A DNA stretch of 61,388 nt, the filler included, from Porpidia crustulata (taxonomy: Eukaryota), in assembly GCA_964255105.1 (NCBI GenBank). It is 14 parts of 14 records of this genome, joined end to end, with 100 filler letters (N's around TTAATTAATTAA, not from the genome) between each part and the next. Parts side by side here need not be neighbours in the genome. Positions count along the whole stretch, not along the records: positions 48,375 to 52,647 come from CAXUWE010002109.1; positions 52,748 to 57,020 come from CAXUWE010002110.1; positions 57,121 to 61,388 come from CAXUWE010002111.1; 11 more parts are not named here. The stretch is one strand, 5' to 3'. Within the stretch, counting starts at the first letter, position 1. Every line of letters starts with the position of its first letter. Positions 49,121 to 61,388 of the stretch are shown one piece after another. The notes beneath the pieces were generated by a model. That model did no database searches. It had not been told where the DNA came from and was given only the letters and a program-made list of their open reading frames with translations. Both the position numbers and the translations under genes were made by a program.

Positions 49121-49998
49121 CTCGTTAACGTTTGCCCTGCCCTACCAGAAATGCTGCCGAGCTCCCTGACTTGATTATAGTACCAGAAGCGATATATAGG
49201 GATAGCTCATTGGACACATCTTTCTGGTATTAGTCGCTTCGCTGAGAATCAGAACACGGTCTGGCTTTCGCTCTTAACTCTTTGATACATGTTTGCAGTA
49301 GCCTGAAGAACTATTCGTGATAGCATCTTGTTTCAGCAATGTTTTCCTGTCATTGTCGAATTGATGTTGATGTATGACTGATAAGCTAGAATATGGAACA
49401 TTAATTAGACATCAGGGGAGTCAATCGACAAGCACATTCTGCAATTCTTCCAGCCAGAGGTTACTTGGCCAGAATTTTATGAAAAGCTTCTAGCAGACGT
49501 CGACATTCGCCCAGCATTCCAATCACAGAAGAAACATTAGCTTAGGCATCTTAACCAATTATACCTGATGATAGCTTATGATTCCACGTGAAGAAGCTAC
49601 AAATGAATCTTCCCACTAAAACTTCATGATAGAAAAAATCAGCATCTTGTGTTCTTCCAGGTGGAACAGAAGCTTCTCTGGTAACTTCGAGCTCACTCAT
49701 CCAAAAGGCGTGTGCCCGATGAGGCCATCCCCACGACACGTGAGACTAAGAGAAACGGTGGGCTAGTGGAGTATTTGATTACCACGCTAATACATAGTGT
49801 ATCACGGTCCGGTATTCATGCACATTGACTAAGCATAGCGTCATACCCAACCGATCTTAGCTTGCTGCTGGAGCTTCGTTCGGCATGTTACCTCGCCTTA
49901 CTTCGAGGCCAAATAAGTACTGCCTCCTCTTTTAAGTTACTGAGACACATAGCTCAGTCCGCAGAATCTCCATTAATTGGAGAAAAACGCTATCAACA

Positions 49999-52248
49999 AT
50001 GCCGAAGAAGGGGCAAGCTCTCTATCCTCGAATTTCCAAAAGTCCCCCCTTCACTGTTGATGCGTCAGGCTACGAACCTTGCGAAGGCGAGACAATACCC
50101 CGAAGACATCCTCTAGCTAAGGACAGACTCGTTACTACACCCTCAGAAGATGTCCGAACGATCTTCGACATTCTAAAGCGTAGCGCAGACAAATATGGCA
50201 ACGCTAAGGCCCTGGGTACCCGAAGAATAGTGACCACGCACGTAGAGAACAAGAAGGTCAAGAAGACAGTAGATGGCGAAACGACAGAAGTCGACAAGAA
50301 ATGGACATATTTCGAATTAAGCGATTACAACTATGTCAGCTTTGTGGAGTACGAGAAGATATGTCTGGAGATTGGGGCAGGGCTTAGAAAGCTTGGGATG
50401 GTCAAGGGCGACAGGTTGCACTTATTCGCGGCGACTAGGTATGAACCTGGCGAGCAAATATTTCCTGAGCTTACACTGCCTTTTTCAGTGCTCATTGGCT
50501 TGCAATGTCTCACGGTGCGGTCTCCCAGTCGATACCCATAGCTACTGCCTACGACACCTTGGGCGAAGAGGGCCTCAGGCACTCTCTTGTTCAGACGGAG
50601 GCGAAAGCTATCTATTGCGACCCTCATCTACTGCCAACCCTCGTCAATCCGCTGAGCCATGCGAAGGAAATAAAGTATATCATATACAACAGCGATACCG
50701 ATGTTAAGCAGACGGATATCGATAGACTCAAGTCCCAACCAGACAACTTAACAATATTAAGCTTCGAGGAATTAAGAAGCCTGGGCGAAAGCAATCCCGT
50801 GGACGCTGTTCCACCTAAGCCAGATGATCTGTGTTGCATAATGTACACCTCAGGCTCGACCGGAACCCCCAAGGGAGTACCGGTGAAACACAAGGCTGTT
50901 GTCGCCGCTATTGCTGGAGTCAACACCATCATTGGTCCATACCTTGGGCCTGGCGACGCACTCCTGACCTACCTTCCGCTCGCCCACATCCTAGAATTTG
51001 TCTTCGAGAATGCATGCCTCTACTGGGGTGGTACTATGGGTTACGGAAACCCTAAGACCTTGTCCGATGCTTCCGTACGAAATTGCAAGGGCGATATTCG
51101 TGAGTTCAAGCCAACCGTTCTTGTTGGAGTACCAGCGGTATGGGAATCGGTGAAAAAGGGCATAATCGCCAAAGTCAACCAAGGTAACTTTATTGTGAGG
51201 AATTTATTCTGGGGTGCGCTTGCTGCCAAGGGCTTCCTCATGTCTACTGGGCTACCTGGTACAGCCATCCTGGATGCTGTAGTCTTTAAGAAAATCAAGG
51301 ATGCTACTGGTGGGCGCCTTCGATTATGCATGAATGGAGGTGGACCGATCGCTAAGGATACGCAACGGTTCATTTCTCTGGCTATCACACCCATGATAGG
51401 TGGATATGGACTTACTGAAACTACGGCTATGGGAGCTCTCACCGATCCCTCACACTGGACTGATGATGCCCTTGGTGACATACCGTCATCGATTGAGATT
51501 AAGCTCGTCGATTTTCCTGATGCTGGTTACTACGCAACCAATAAGAGGCCCCAGGGTGAAATCTGGATCAGAGGCAATAGCGTTTTCAAAGGATACTATG
51601 AAAACGAAAAAGAGACTCAGGAGTCTTTGACAGAAGATGGGTGGTTCAAAACAGGCGACATTGGCGAATGGGATTCAAACGGACACCTTAAGATCATTGA
51701 TCGGAAGAAGAATCTCGTTAAGACGCTCAATGGAGAATACATTGCTTTAGAAAAGGTTTGTTAACTTGATATCTAGGTTTGGTGATTGCACTAATCAATT
51801 GTGGAATTTTACAGCTAGAGTCAATCTACCGCTCTGCCACAGTGGTTGCCAATATCTGTGTCCACGCTGCGACTGATCGTGCGAGACCATTGGCCATCAT
51901 TGTACCGGCCGAACCTGCTTTGAAGAAACTTGCCAACGACAATGGCATTCAAGGCAACAGTCTAGAGGAACTCGTCCATAGTGCAAAGTTGAATAGCATT
52001 GTACTGAAAGCACTGTGCGCAGCGGGGAAATCGGGAGGGCTCGCAGGCATTGAGATTATCGACGGCGTTGTCATGGCTGATGAGGAATGGACAGCAGCAA
52101 ACGTGAGTACGGCCTGAAGTAGATAATAAGAACATTGTACTCATGGTGTCTATAGGGTTTGACCACCGCAGCGCAGAAAATAAACAGGAAGGCCATCCTG
52201 CAGAAATATCAAAAAGAAGTTGACAAGACTTATAAAGCTTGCCAATGA
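49999..52248 (+). CDS. Long-chain fatty acid-CoA ligase (Faa1/Faa4-like)
   Basis: IMYTSGSTGTPKGV, YLPLAHILE, GYGLTET and GWFKTGDIG..IIDRKKNLVKTLNGEYIALEK; three introns. Confidence 0.97.
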
Positions 52249-52966
52249 AACCGCACTCGTTTAGGTATCTAGCTCGCACAGCAGGCGTCTATTCCACTTC
52301 ACCAGTACGGAGTTTGGCACTAGATGCGTTTGGCAGCATTGGGTCATGCATGGGACTTTGTAAACTTTTCCAGTTTTCCAAAGCAATCATGAGAAATGAC
52401 AGGGCTTGTATTATTATTATTATAGGTACTCATGACAAGGACGAGAAGCATCTCGCCTGCTTAGATGTTACTTTGCTCAGATCGCAAATCTTTCACTGTA
52501 GCGTAATCTATAAAGATGGCATCTCGAATCCCGTCGGGGTATCCGTTTACAAGCCTCACTCATTGAACTCTCAAAACCTATCCACCTAGACATTTAGAAA
52601 TCCCACAAACCCCACACCCTCCATTCCCATTCCCATTCCCCAATAACNNNNNNNNNNNNNNNNNNNNNNNNNNNNNNNNNNNNNNNNNNNNTTAATTAAT
52701 TAANNNNNNNNNNNNNNNNNNNNNNNNNNNNNNNNNNNNNNNNNNNNTCACAACTCCCCCTCTCCCCCCTCTCCCACACCGCCTCTCCATCCCTCATTGA
52801 CCATCCCCTCCGCATCACCTACCTGCCTCCTGACACTAATCTCCCTCTCCCTATCCCTTCCTTTCAACCGCGAGCGCATCATCGCCATCATTGTCGATCC
52901 CTGGGGTCGCGACCACGGCGATGGCTCAGTCCGCGACGGCTCGCCGCTCCGTACGGCGGTTAGTTG

Positions 52967-54421
52967 CTATTGCAGGGGTTCGGAGGAGGAGGAGAGGCGG
53001 TTGAGGTGGAGGTAGACGTCGGTGCCGTAGCTGGTGCGCGCGGTTCCGGGTTAGCTTTGGGTTGTTCTGGTGATATGGTTGACGTGGAGGACGGAAGGGA
53101 CTCACCCTTCCATGCTGATTAGTTTCAAGTCGCCGCCAAAGTAGCGGGCGTACAATCTACTGATTGGAAGACCGTATCCGAACCCGGCCATGGGCGCTTT
53201 GAAATCGCTCTTGTTGAAGTCTGGATCGAGGTTTGGAGTTGTTTCGACGGTCGTGTACATATAAGTCCATACCAACGGGATCGTACTCCTCGGTATGCCA
53301 CCTCCCTCGTCGCTTATTTTGATGGTGATGTCCTCTTTACCCTCGGCGATGATCACTTTTGTCACAGGAAACTCTTGTTTGTCTTGCCCGTGCGTTTCAA
53401 CGACGGCGCGTAACGAATTTTTGAGGGTTTCGAACAGCATATGCGAGAGATGCCCGGGAACGTACATGAAATGCAAGTCGGGTTTGCAGACGAGTTGGAC
53501 TTTGGGGGCGTCGAAGAGACCGTAGTGATCTTCGCAGACGAAGCGGGCGTTCTCAATGGCTTCTTGCGCGAGTTCGCGGACGTTGGTTGAGGTACAAATG
53601 ATCCCTACATAATTCGGTTCCGTCGTTTGCTTCTGGTCTGTGAGGGCAATGTGCTGTCCTATGAGCATACGAATACCTATACGGGACATGTAGAAGCGGT
53701 CGAGAAAAGCTTGGATGTTGGAGTCGATTTGCATGCGTTGTTTTTTTCGTTTATATTCAAGTATTCCTTGTGCTACTGTAGTAACAACGCTGTCGTGCCG
53801 TCTTTTGATACCTTCCAAGGTCTTGGCAAAGCGTTTATTGTAGTCGTTCAGTTCAGGGGGCCAGTCACCGCCGTCGTCTGCGGCGGCGAAGTAACGTCTT
53901 GAAGAGGCTTTGACGCCGTTACCGTTTCCGTTCTCTTTGCCGCTAGCTTTTGGGATGGATCGGTATTGTCCTTGTTTGACGCTGGGGTTTGTCGTTGTCT
54001 CACTCAAGATTTTGGATTCCCGAGAGCTAGGTCTCGACGGTCTCAAGAGCCGATCTCGTACATCTTTGGGTAACGTGGGCCGTGGGAGTTGTGTTATATC
54101 CTCAAACGACTGTGCGTACCAGTCCTGGACTTTCTGGATTGACGGCATCTCATTCAAGCCATCAGGGAGATCTCCAAGCTCTTGTACTCGGTGTGCTAAC
54201 CGTATGGGAAGTTCTTCCGAGAGAAATTGGGACGCGCGGAATAGTGTACCTGTAGGACTGCTTGTCAACATCTGGCCTTGTCAAAAGACGGAGGAGTCAA
54301 TCTGACCTATCGAGGGTTTCTCCCCAAATTGGACCATCTGCCTCAGACTTACGCCCGTTGCTGGAAAGTGGGAGTAGTGCTTGATGGTGTCCATCAAGGT
54401 CTCGGACTTCTTCCATGACAT
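52967..54421 (-). CDS. Mitochondrial pyruvate dehydrogenase kinase (Pkp1-like)
   Basis: FPATGVSLRQMVQFG, ELPIRLAHRV, FYMSRIGIRMLIGQH, ISDEGGGIP, MAGFGYGLPISRLYARYFGG and YGTDVYLHL. Confidence 0.96.
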
Positions 54422-55451
54422 GATGATCTTTGCAGACCTTGCGGCCTGTGCACGCAAATTGCTCGATTTCGATCCAACTCTGCCGGGGCGTCCAAGGCGA
54501 GCGAGGCCAAGCAACAGATGTGCCCCTCTATGGGCTTCAATGGATATTTATACAAGCGTAGTGATTACAGGCCTCAACAATGGGTAGAAAGCAATCAAAC
54601 ATTCGAGTACTACTGGTAATGCCCAGGCCGAATAAGATAGTGGAAGTGTATGTTGTTAGGACATGGTTGAGTCACGGCTCTGGTTGAGCTACACAAGCCT
54701 CTGGTCCGGGAAACTACATTTCGCTTCCCCACACTGTCCGTTACTCTAGTCCTATGAAGATCCCTGCTAGCCTGTCGAATGTCACATGTCAGTGTCTTTT
54801 TCAACTTGTTTCCCCCTTTACCTATCTTCAGAGACTTAGATTTTCCACACCAACCCACCGTCGTCGCTTGGTGACATATGAACCTTGAAGGAATCAATAT
54901 ATATTGGTACCATCTTCTTCGTAAATGGACGATGATGATGAGTGGATTGTTGTCTCCGCAACTCCGCAAACTGCACTCCAAGCTCAAAATGCCCGAAACT
55001 CCGCCTGTCCGACCTGTTTCCTGAATTCTCCGAATACACCCTATGGACTGTCCTATTCTTCCCGAAACGTCAGTAGACGTCTGGCTTAGGTCTTGGTATG
55101 ACTGACGTCTGTATTGATATTGCCCTAGCCGGGTGATTATATATAAGAAGAAACCTATCCTCTGTGCCATGGAATTCAAAGTCCACAATTCGAGTTGCAG
55201 ACGTGTCTACTTGATCCCTATCTGATTGCGTAGAGTGCCTTTCCTTCTTATCATCGAGTATTCGAATTCTACTTTCATTGCTGTAGACGAATAGATGCTA
55301 TGGCTCCACTAAATTCCAATCACTTTGAGCGTCGCAGAAAAATGAATGATTTCCTTTTTGCACCTTCCCAATCTCGTCAGCAGAAAGACTGTGATCAAAC
55401 AAACCACAAATCCACCGACATTTCCTTCCATGACCGCTCACCATTAGCATC

Positions 55452-56799
55452 ATGGCCTACCCTTTTCCACGGTTTGCGAATTCGCCTCAGACTCCCCAAC
55501 ACATCCAGGGAATGGAGAGCCCCCGAGACGTGATGCCTCGCAACAGTAAATCGATGGGGGGCCATAAGAAGATTGGAGCAGTTCTTGTAATAGTAGCAAT
55601 AACGCTGCTCTGGATGACGAGCCCCTTTCGCTCGTCTCCCAAACAAATGGATAGAATCCCGTTCGCCCACGATGCTATCGAGGAGTAAGTACATCAATAT
55701 TTCGAACCTATGGTGATACTGAATCAGTCACAGCTATTTCGGCCATTTTGAAGGACACCAAGAATGTGGCCTTACGTCTGGGGAATTGTACAATCCACCA
55801 GTTGCTGCCGATGCAAATATCAAGAAGCACTCGCTCTATTGCCACAACCGAGCAAGTCTTCTGACTGCCATGAGTGGAGGAGGTCGTCATGGCTTTGACG
55901 CCCCATTCTTCCCAGCTGGATGTCATTATCGCTGGTATTCTACTCCGGAGATCTGCATGATCCTTGAACGCTTCGATGCCATTGTCTTTGTCGGTGACGA
56001 CCTACTTAAACACGTGTATGCCGCCTTGAATATGCTGCTACGGGAGAATATTGCAATGGGCAGCCTCAGGCAATGGGATATGAAAGAAAGCGAAAGAGAT
56101 ACTTGTAGATGTGATAACCAATATATCAATGCCGCCTGTTCCAAATTTGCTGTCACGTCTAGCCAGGAGGTAATTGACAACGATGGAGGAAGCGGGCATA
56201 GATGTCCCTACTATTGTGACCGTAAGTAGGCGCTCCACCTCATGGTTGAATCGAAGTTTGACAATTACAGGCACACCGCACTTCTTCCTTCCCATCGCAG
56301 GCTCCCCGGCCCCCCAAGAGCACCACAACGTCCTCGCTTCAATCCTCTCCAAAGACCCAGACTCCTACAAACCCATCCCGATCATCCACTCCCTCTCCCT
56401 CAGCACCGCTCTCTCCTGGCCTCTCGCTACCGCCTCCATGGACGAATGGATCACCCTCGCCGACACCTCCAACCGCAATTTACCGTTCCTTTGGGTCGGT
56501 CCCACCGCCGCTGGGCATCTCAAACCTCCGGGGCAGATCCTCAGTCAGGGAAATAATGCGCTATGGCATTATACGGTGGAGATGGCCAAGGAAGCGAAGG
56601 AGAGGGAGTTGGAGAGTTTGGGGATGTATAATTTGACGTTGCAAGCGAAGAGCTGGGACGGGAGTAGTTATGGGACGAGGGTGGGGTTGGTGCAGGCTAT
56701 GATGGTGAGTTCGATCTGTCTCTTTCGTGATTTTGTGTGCAAGCTGACTGGTGTGTTGGGTAGATTATCAATTGGCTGTCGAGACTAGAATCGACATGA
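55452..56799 (+). CDS. Type II membrane protein with SGNH/PC-esterase-like domain
   Basis: N-terminal TM (KKIGAVLVIVAITLLW), GGGRHGFDAPF..GCHYRWY, IVFVGDDLLKHVY and WDGSSYG..QAMM/IINWLS; three introns. Confidence 0.7.
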
Positions 56800-57132
56800 G
56801 CGATTGAGGAGGATATGAGCCGCATTTTCGTTGAGGTTTAGAAACCTAACGGTATCTATATTTGTGACTTCTGTAGAATCGCGCAAAACGTCGCTAAGAT
56901 TTATGCGCTCAGAATCGTATCGTGATATCTCAACTTACGCGTTTGATCAACCAACATTTTCCATCAACGCATAGCAAAATAAGCATCGAATTCGTTCAAA
57001 CCACTCCCACCCAATTTACCNNNNNNNNNNNNNNNNNNNNNNNNNNNNNNNNNNNNNNNNNNNNTTAATTAATTAANNNNNNNNNNNNNNNNNNNNNNNN
57101 NNNNNNNNNNNNNNNNNNNNTGCTTAGGGTTT

Positions 57133-57163
57133 TCGAACTAGGGGTGTAATCGAACTAGGGGTG
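57133..57163 (+). repeat. Direct repeat TCGAACTAGGGGTG x2
   Basis: Two 14-nt copies separated by TAA, near a contig start. Confidence 0.75.
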
Positions 57164-57501
57164 AATACGAGTAGTCGCTTCATCAACCTAGAAGAGGGAG
57201 AGACAGAGAATGCTTCAAGTGGTGAACATCAACGTGCCGTATCACTTCGCATTTCTGATGATTCGGTGATTAGGGGACAGCAGTGGGCTTGGTCAAAAGA
57301 GGTTACTTTCGACTGATTAGTCCTGTATCAAGTAGGAAATAATACCGCCGAACTCACAGTAAACTGATCATCCGTTGACCAGCAATTTGCGTGAGAATCC
57401 ATAATCCTTTCAGAACAACTAGCGCCGGAGATAGGCCGGAACTTGTAGAGAGGCACAAGTGGCATTCTTCTCCCAAATGTCTGGTTTGGCAGTCATTGGC
57501 A

Positions 57502-60500
57502 ATGCTGTCGGCTTTCACAGCTCGACCAATTGTCGAGCTCAAGCAGAGGGACAAATCGAAAATTGAGAGTATTTTGGCCTATGGCGAGTTCAACGTGCAT
57601 ATGTGAAGTCCTTGGCTAACCACAAACTTCATAGGGGACCGATTACTGGTCGGCCTAAATACAGGGAGCCTTCGTATCTACAGAGTGAACGAATTCATCG
57701 AAGAGCCGCTGGGAGAAGATGGTCAGCCACCTGAAAATGGTACGCCGCAGTCGAAATCCAGTCCCGTGGACCTGATGCGGGAGCAAGAGAAATTCTCCAA
57801 GTACAAAGTTGAACAACTGGCCATTGTCAAGGAAGCCAATATCCTGGTCTCGCTTTCCAATAATCATGTCTCCACACACGACCTTCAAACATTTGAGCTG
57901 CAGGAGACGCTCAGCAAGACTAAAGGAGCGAGCGATTTTGCCGTCACATCGAACATTGTCAAGGATCCCGATACTGGGGTGCCATCGATTGTTTCGAGGC
58001 TGGCTGTCGCAGTCAAGAGGCGACTGTTACTATGGTCATGGCATGATATGGAGCTAGATTCCGAAACCTCGGAATTGACTTTGGTAACCGGCATAAAGAC
58101 GCTTACTTGGGCCACTGGGACGCGGCTCATAGTTGGCCTCAGCTCTAGCTATGTTCTCGTAGACGTTGTCTCTTCGGCCGTCACAGATATCATCGGTCCA
58201 GGAAGTATAGGTGGTGCACCTGGACAAGATGGAGGACGGTTTGGGGGCGTCGGAGTTGCAAGCATAGGGTACATGGGCATGGGAGGCATGATACCCAAAC
58301 CTCTGGCAACAAGACTTGGCGAAGGGGAGTTTATATTAGCAAAAGATATCAATACTTTATTCATTGATATTGATGGTAACTCCCTTGGGCGGAGGCAGAT
58401 CCCTTGGTCCGTTGCGCCAGAGGCAATTGGTTACTCTTACCCATACCTACTCGCTCTCCAGGCAACCAAGGGAACTCTTGAACTCAGAAATCCAGAAAGT
58501 CTAAGCCTACTACAAACCATTTCTCTACCAGGTGCCAATCAAATCCATGTGCCCCAGCCAAACGTTAGTTTGGCACATGCTGGTAAAGGCTTCCTCGTCA
58601 TGAGTGAGCGCTGTATTTGGCGAATGAGAGCTTTAGACTACGATTCCCAGATCGATGCACTGGTTGAGGGTGGTAAACTGAACGAAGCCATAAGTCTCCT
58701 TGGTATGTTGGAGGACGCCTTATTGAAGGACAAAGAGGGTCGTCTCCGCGAAATTGAGATGCTGAAAGCTCAAAGCCTCTTTGAGCAACGAAAATTCAGA
58801 CAGTCTCTTGACTTATTCACCAAAGTTGTTGCTCCTCCAGAAAGAGTTATTCGTCTTGATCCTCTGCTGATCGAACGGGTTATCCGTTTGTATCCTCCCG
58901 TGATTGCCGGAGAGGCATCAACTTTGGCTAGCGAGCATCATTCCGAGAATGGTCGGTCAACAAGTGCAAGTAGCAAAGAGAAGAAAGTAAAATCTGATGG
59001 AGATGTGAACGAGAAGAAAGAAGATTCACTTTCAACAAAGCCATCGACAAGCCAAGTAGATGGTAGTGATGCTGGTAGCATGAGGGGGGTAGATGTAGCA
59101 CTCTCGTCTACTGGTATAAGCCTAGGTCAGTCACCACCAGCTAGCTGGTCACGAAGTCATAATCAGCTAACAAGCCTTCAGAAAGCAAGGATCTAAAACT
59201 TGCAACCGAAGAGCTGCGTCCTTTCCTGGTATCAGCAAGAACCAAGCTCCAGCGACTCCTAAATCCTGATGGTACTCTTAAAGACAATGACTCGAACGAG
59301 GCTCTTGAGCGTAACGTGGAGCCAGCAGTAGCAGAACAATCTTCAGATGAAGCCAAAGAGAACTTATTACGTGACACCGCCAGGCTTGTCGATACAACGC
59401 TCTTTCGTGCTTACATGTTCTCCAGTCCCTCGTTAGCCGGGCCTCTTTTCCGCATAGACAATTTCTGTGATCCCGACGTTGTCAAAGAAAAACTTGTAGA
59501 GACAGGTAGGTATAACGATCTAGTTGATTTCTTTCACGGCAAACATCTACATCGTCAAGCCCTCGAGTTACTCCAGAAGTTGGGGCAGGCCGAGGGAGAT
59601 AATGAATCTGCTCCACAGCTGAGTGGACCCCAAAGAACCGTGGCATACCTACAAAATCTGAATGCGCAGATGATTGATTTGATCTTGGAATTTGCAGAGT
59701 GGCCGTTGAAGACCAACCCAGCACTGGGCATGGAGGTCTTTCTGGCAGATTCCGAGAACGCCGAAACCTTACCCCGTGTCAGAGTCCTGAATTACTTGGA
59801 AGGAATTGACAAGAAACTTGCAGTCAAATATACTGAACACATAATACATGAACTTAATGATATAACGCCTGATCTTCACCAATGGTTGGTTGAAAGCTAC
59901 GTTGAAGGCCTCAAAGCCAACGAGTTTGAAAGCGATGAGGAGCGAGATGCATGGAGAGTAAAATCACTTGACTTCCTAAGAACCAGCAACAATTACCAGG
60001 CATATAAGGCTCTCGGTCAACTATCAATGGATGGTATATTAGTCTCCTCGGCTTTCCAGAATATAGCGGATAATTGCTGATGCACCATCCACAGATTCAA
60101 ATCTCTACGAAGCGCGAGCTATTGTTCTCAGTAATATGGGTCAGCACAGGCAGGCCTTGGACATTTATGTTTTCAAACTCAAAGACCCTGAGAAAGCAGA
60201 GGAGTAAGTATCCACGTACATCTGCCCTTAAATTGCTAATAGCATGGTCAGGTACTGCAACCAAATTTACCTGACGGAGATATCTTCACCGCCTTCATCA
60301 CCAATTAACTCGCGGCGAGCGTCAACGATCAGCAGCGAGATTACCACGCCTTCGATCTACCATAACCTTTTGTCCTTATACCTAGCTCCGCCAGCTCCGT
60401 ATGAGCCTCAGTGGGGACCCGCTCTTGAACTCCTTGCCAAGCACGGCGCTCGTATGCCGGCATCTTCTGCGTTAGACCTCATCCCGGAGGTGTTACCCAT

Positions 60501-60831
60501 CAAAGACCTCGAGTCCTACTTCCGTGGAAGGATACGCTCGGCAAACACTATCGTGAACGAAGGTAGAGTGGTGGCCGCGTTGAGAAACAGCCTAGCCTTC
60601 ACCGAGGAAGCCAAGTTGCGTTTGGGAGATGGTCTCCCAGGCGGAAATGGCGGTCGAAATCGTAGGGTGGTCATCACCGAGGATCGAGTGTGTGGAGTAT
60701 GCTACAAGAGGTTTGGGGGCAGTGCGATCAAGGTGCTCCCCAAGTGAGTTTCTCTGGTACACATCTTATTCATTGCTGATGGCTGGTCATGCAGTAACTC
60801 CGTAGTCCACTATGGATGCTCGGCTCGGTAA
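57502..60831 (+). CDS. VPS39: Vacuolar morphogenesis protein Vam6/Vps39 (CNH domain, HOPS subunit)
   Basis: MLSAFTARPIVELKQRDKSKIESILAYG, CNH domain, VDTTLFRAYM..LFRIDNFCDPDVV and C-terminal CGVCYKRFGGS..VVHYGC. Confidence 0.96.
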
Positions 60832-61037
60832 AGGCAAGAGTGACGGAGGTACTCAGGTGTACGATTGGGCATGCTTGGTGTTCCGGAGGTTTGGGGGTGA
60901 TCCTGCGCACCAGCACCCCATGTTGCTTAGATACCCCATATTCCGATATATAGCAATCTTCATAATCTTCATAGAAGCCCCAATAGATATTGTGCTTCAT
61001 CCTTGCCCCTATCCCAACTTCCAAGCGGCGAACCCTC

Positions 61038-61340
61038 CTACGCATCCTCCTCCGCGTCCTGCTCCCCATACCTTTCCTCCTCTTGCTTATCATCCACTTT
61101 TGACGCGACTCTAGACGCCAAAGCCTTATCCTCCTCCATCTCGGTTGTTAAGAACGTATTTAGTTCCTCCTGCAATTGAGTGACCGATTGCTGCAGTGCT
61201 GTGAGGTACTGCGTCTTCTCCGCTGTAGAATTGGTTGATGAAGAAGGGAGAGCGTGGGAAAAGATTTTGGAGGACTTGGGTGATGCGTATTGAGCTATCA
61301 GGGTCGAGTTTGATGGGCTACTGTTGGCTTCTGGAGGCAT
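61038..61340 (-). CDS. GON7: EKC/KEOPS complex subunit Gon7
   Basis: LIAQYASP..EKTQYLTALQQSVTQLQEELNTFLTTEMEEDK..EEERYGE. Confidence 0.85.
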   Translation of the reverse strand: MPPEANSSPSNSTLIAQYASPKSSKIFSHALPSSSTNSTAEKTQYLTALQQSVTQLQEELNTFLTTEMEEDKALASRVASKVDDKQEEERYGEQDAEEDA

Positions 61341-61388
61341 CTTGGGTGTTTGTAGATGTCGTGCTGGGCGCTGGGATTGGAAGAGGGC

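Noticed and set aside
54422..54517. In-frame CTG/TTG extension upstream of PDH kinase resembling a mitochondrial presequence
   Set aside because: Poor initiation context, a TATA-like element just upstream, and homologues as I recall start at MSWK. Not supportable without ribosome profiling.
57121..57170. TTAGGG/CTAGGGG motifs suggesting a telomere
   Set aside because: Only one TTAGGG and two short copies, upstream of a housekeeping gene; not a telomeric array.

Overview
Nuclear DNA of a filamentous ascomycete fungus (short GT-AG introns with CTRAY-type branch points; Pezizomycotina-type proteins, possibly a lichen-former). The window is not one locus. It is 14 contigs of about 4.27-4.33 kb, sorted by decreasing length and joined by an artificial 100-nt linker (N44-TTAATTAATTAA-N44), so gene order across linkers carries no information. 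Most genes are housekeeping and many are cut at contig ends: UBE2W-like E2, VPS33, HTS1, TRM9, an aldo-keto reductase, TAF6, CFD1, an FHA-forkhead factor, a 2OG oxygenase, PUS4, an RFTS-domain protein, EBP2, AVL9, HOG1, NUD1/Cdc11, SEN15, an FAA-type ligase, PDH kinase, VPS39 and GON7. The most unusual item is a reconstructable six-exon gene of about 781 aa (9245-11855, minus). It joins a fungal NLR-type helical N-terminal domain and a ubiquitin-like/Zn module to an SGF29-like tandem Tudor domain and a 44-aa repeat tail. Also notable: a divergent USP with catalytic residues in place, a decayed BTB paralog, recurrent C-rich to G-rich skew switches that coincide with assembly breaks, microexons, and hairpins at contig ends. 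All family calls come from motif recognition by eye; no database search was run.
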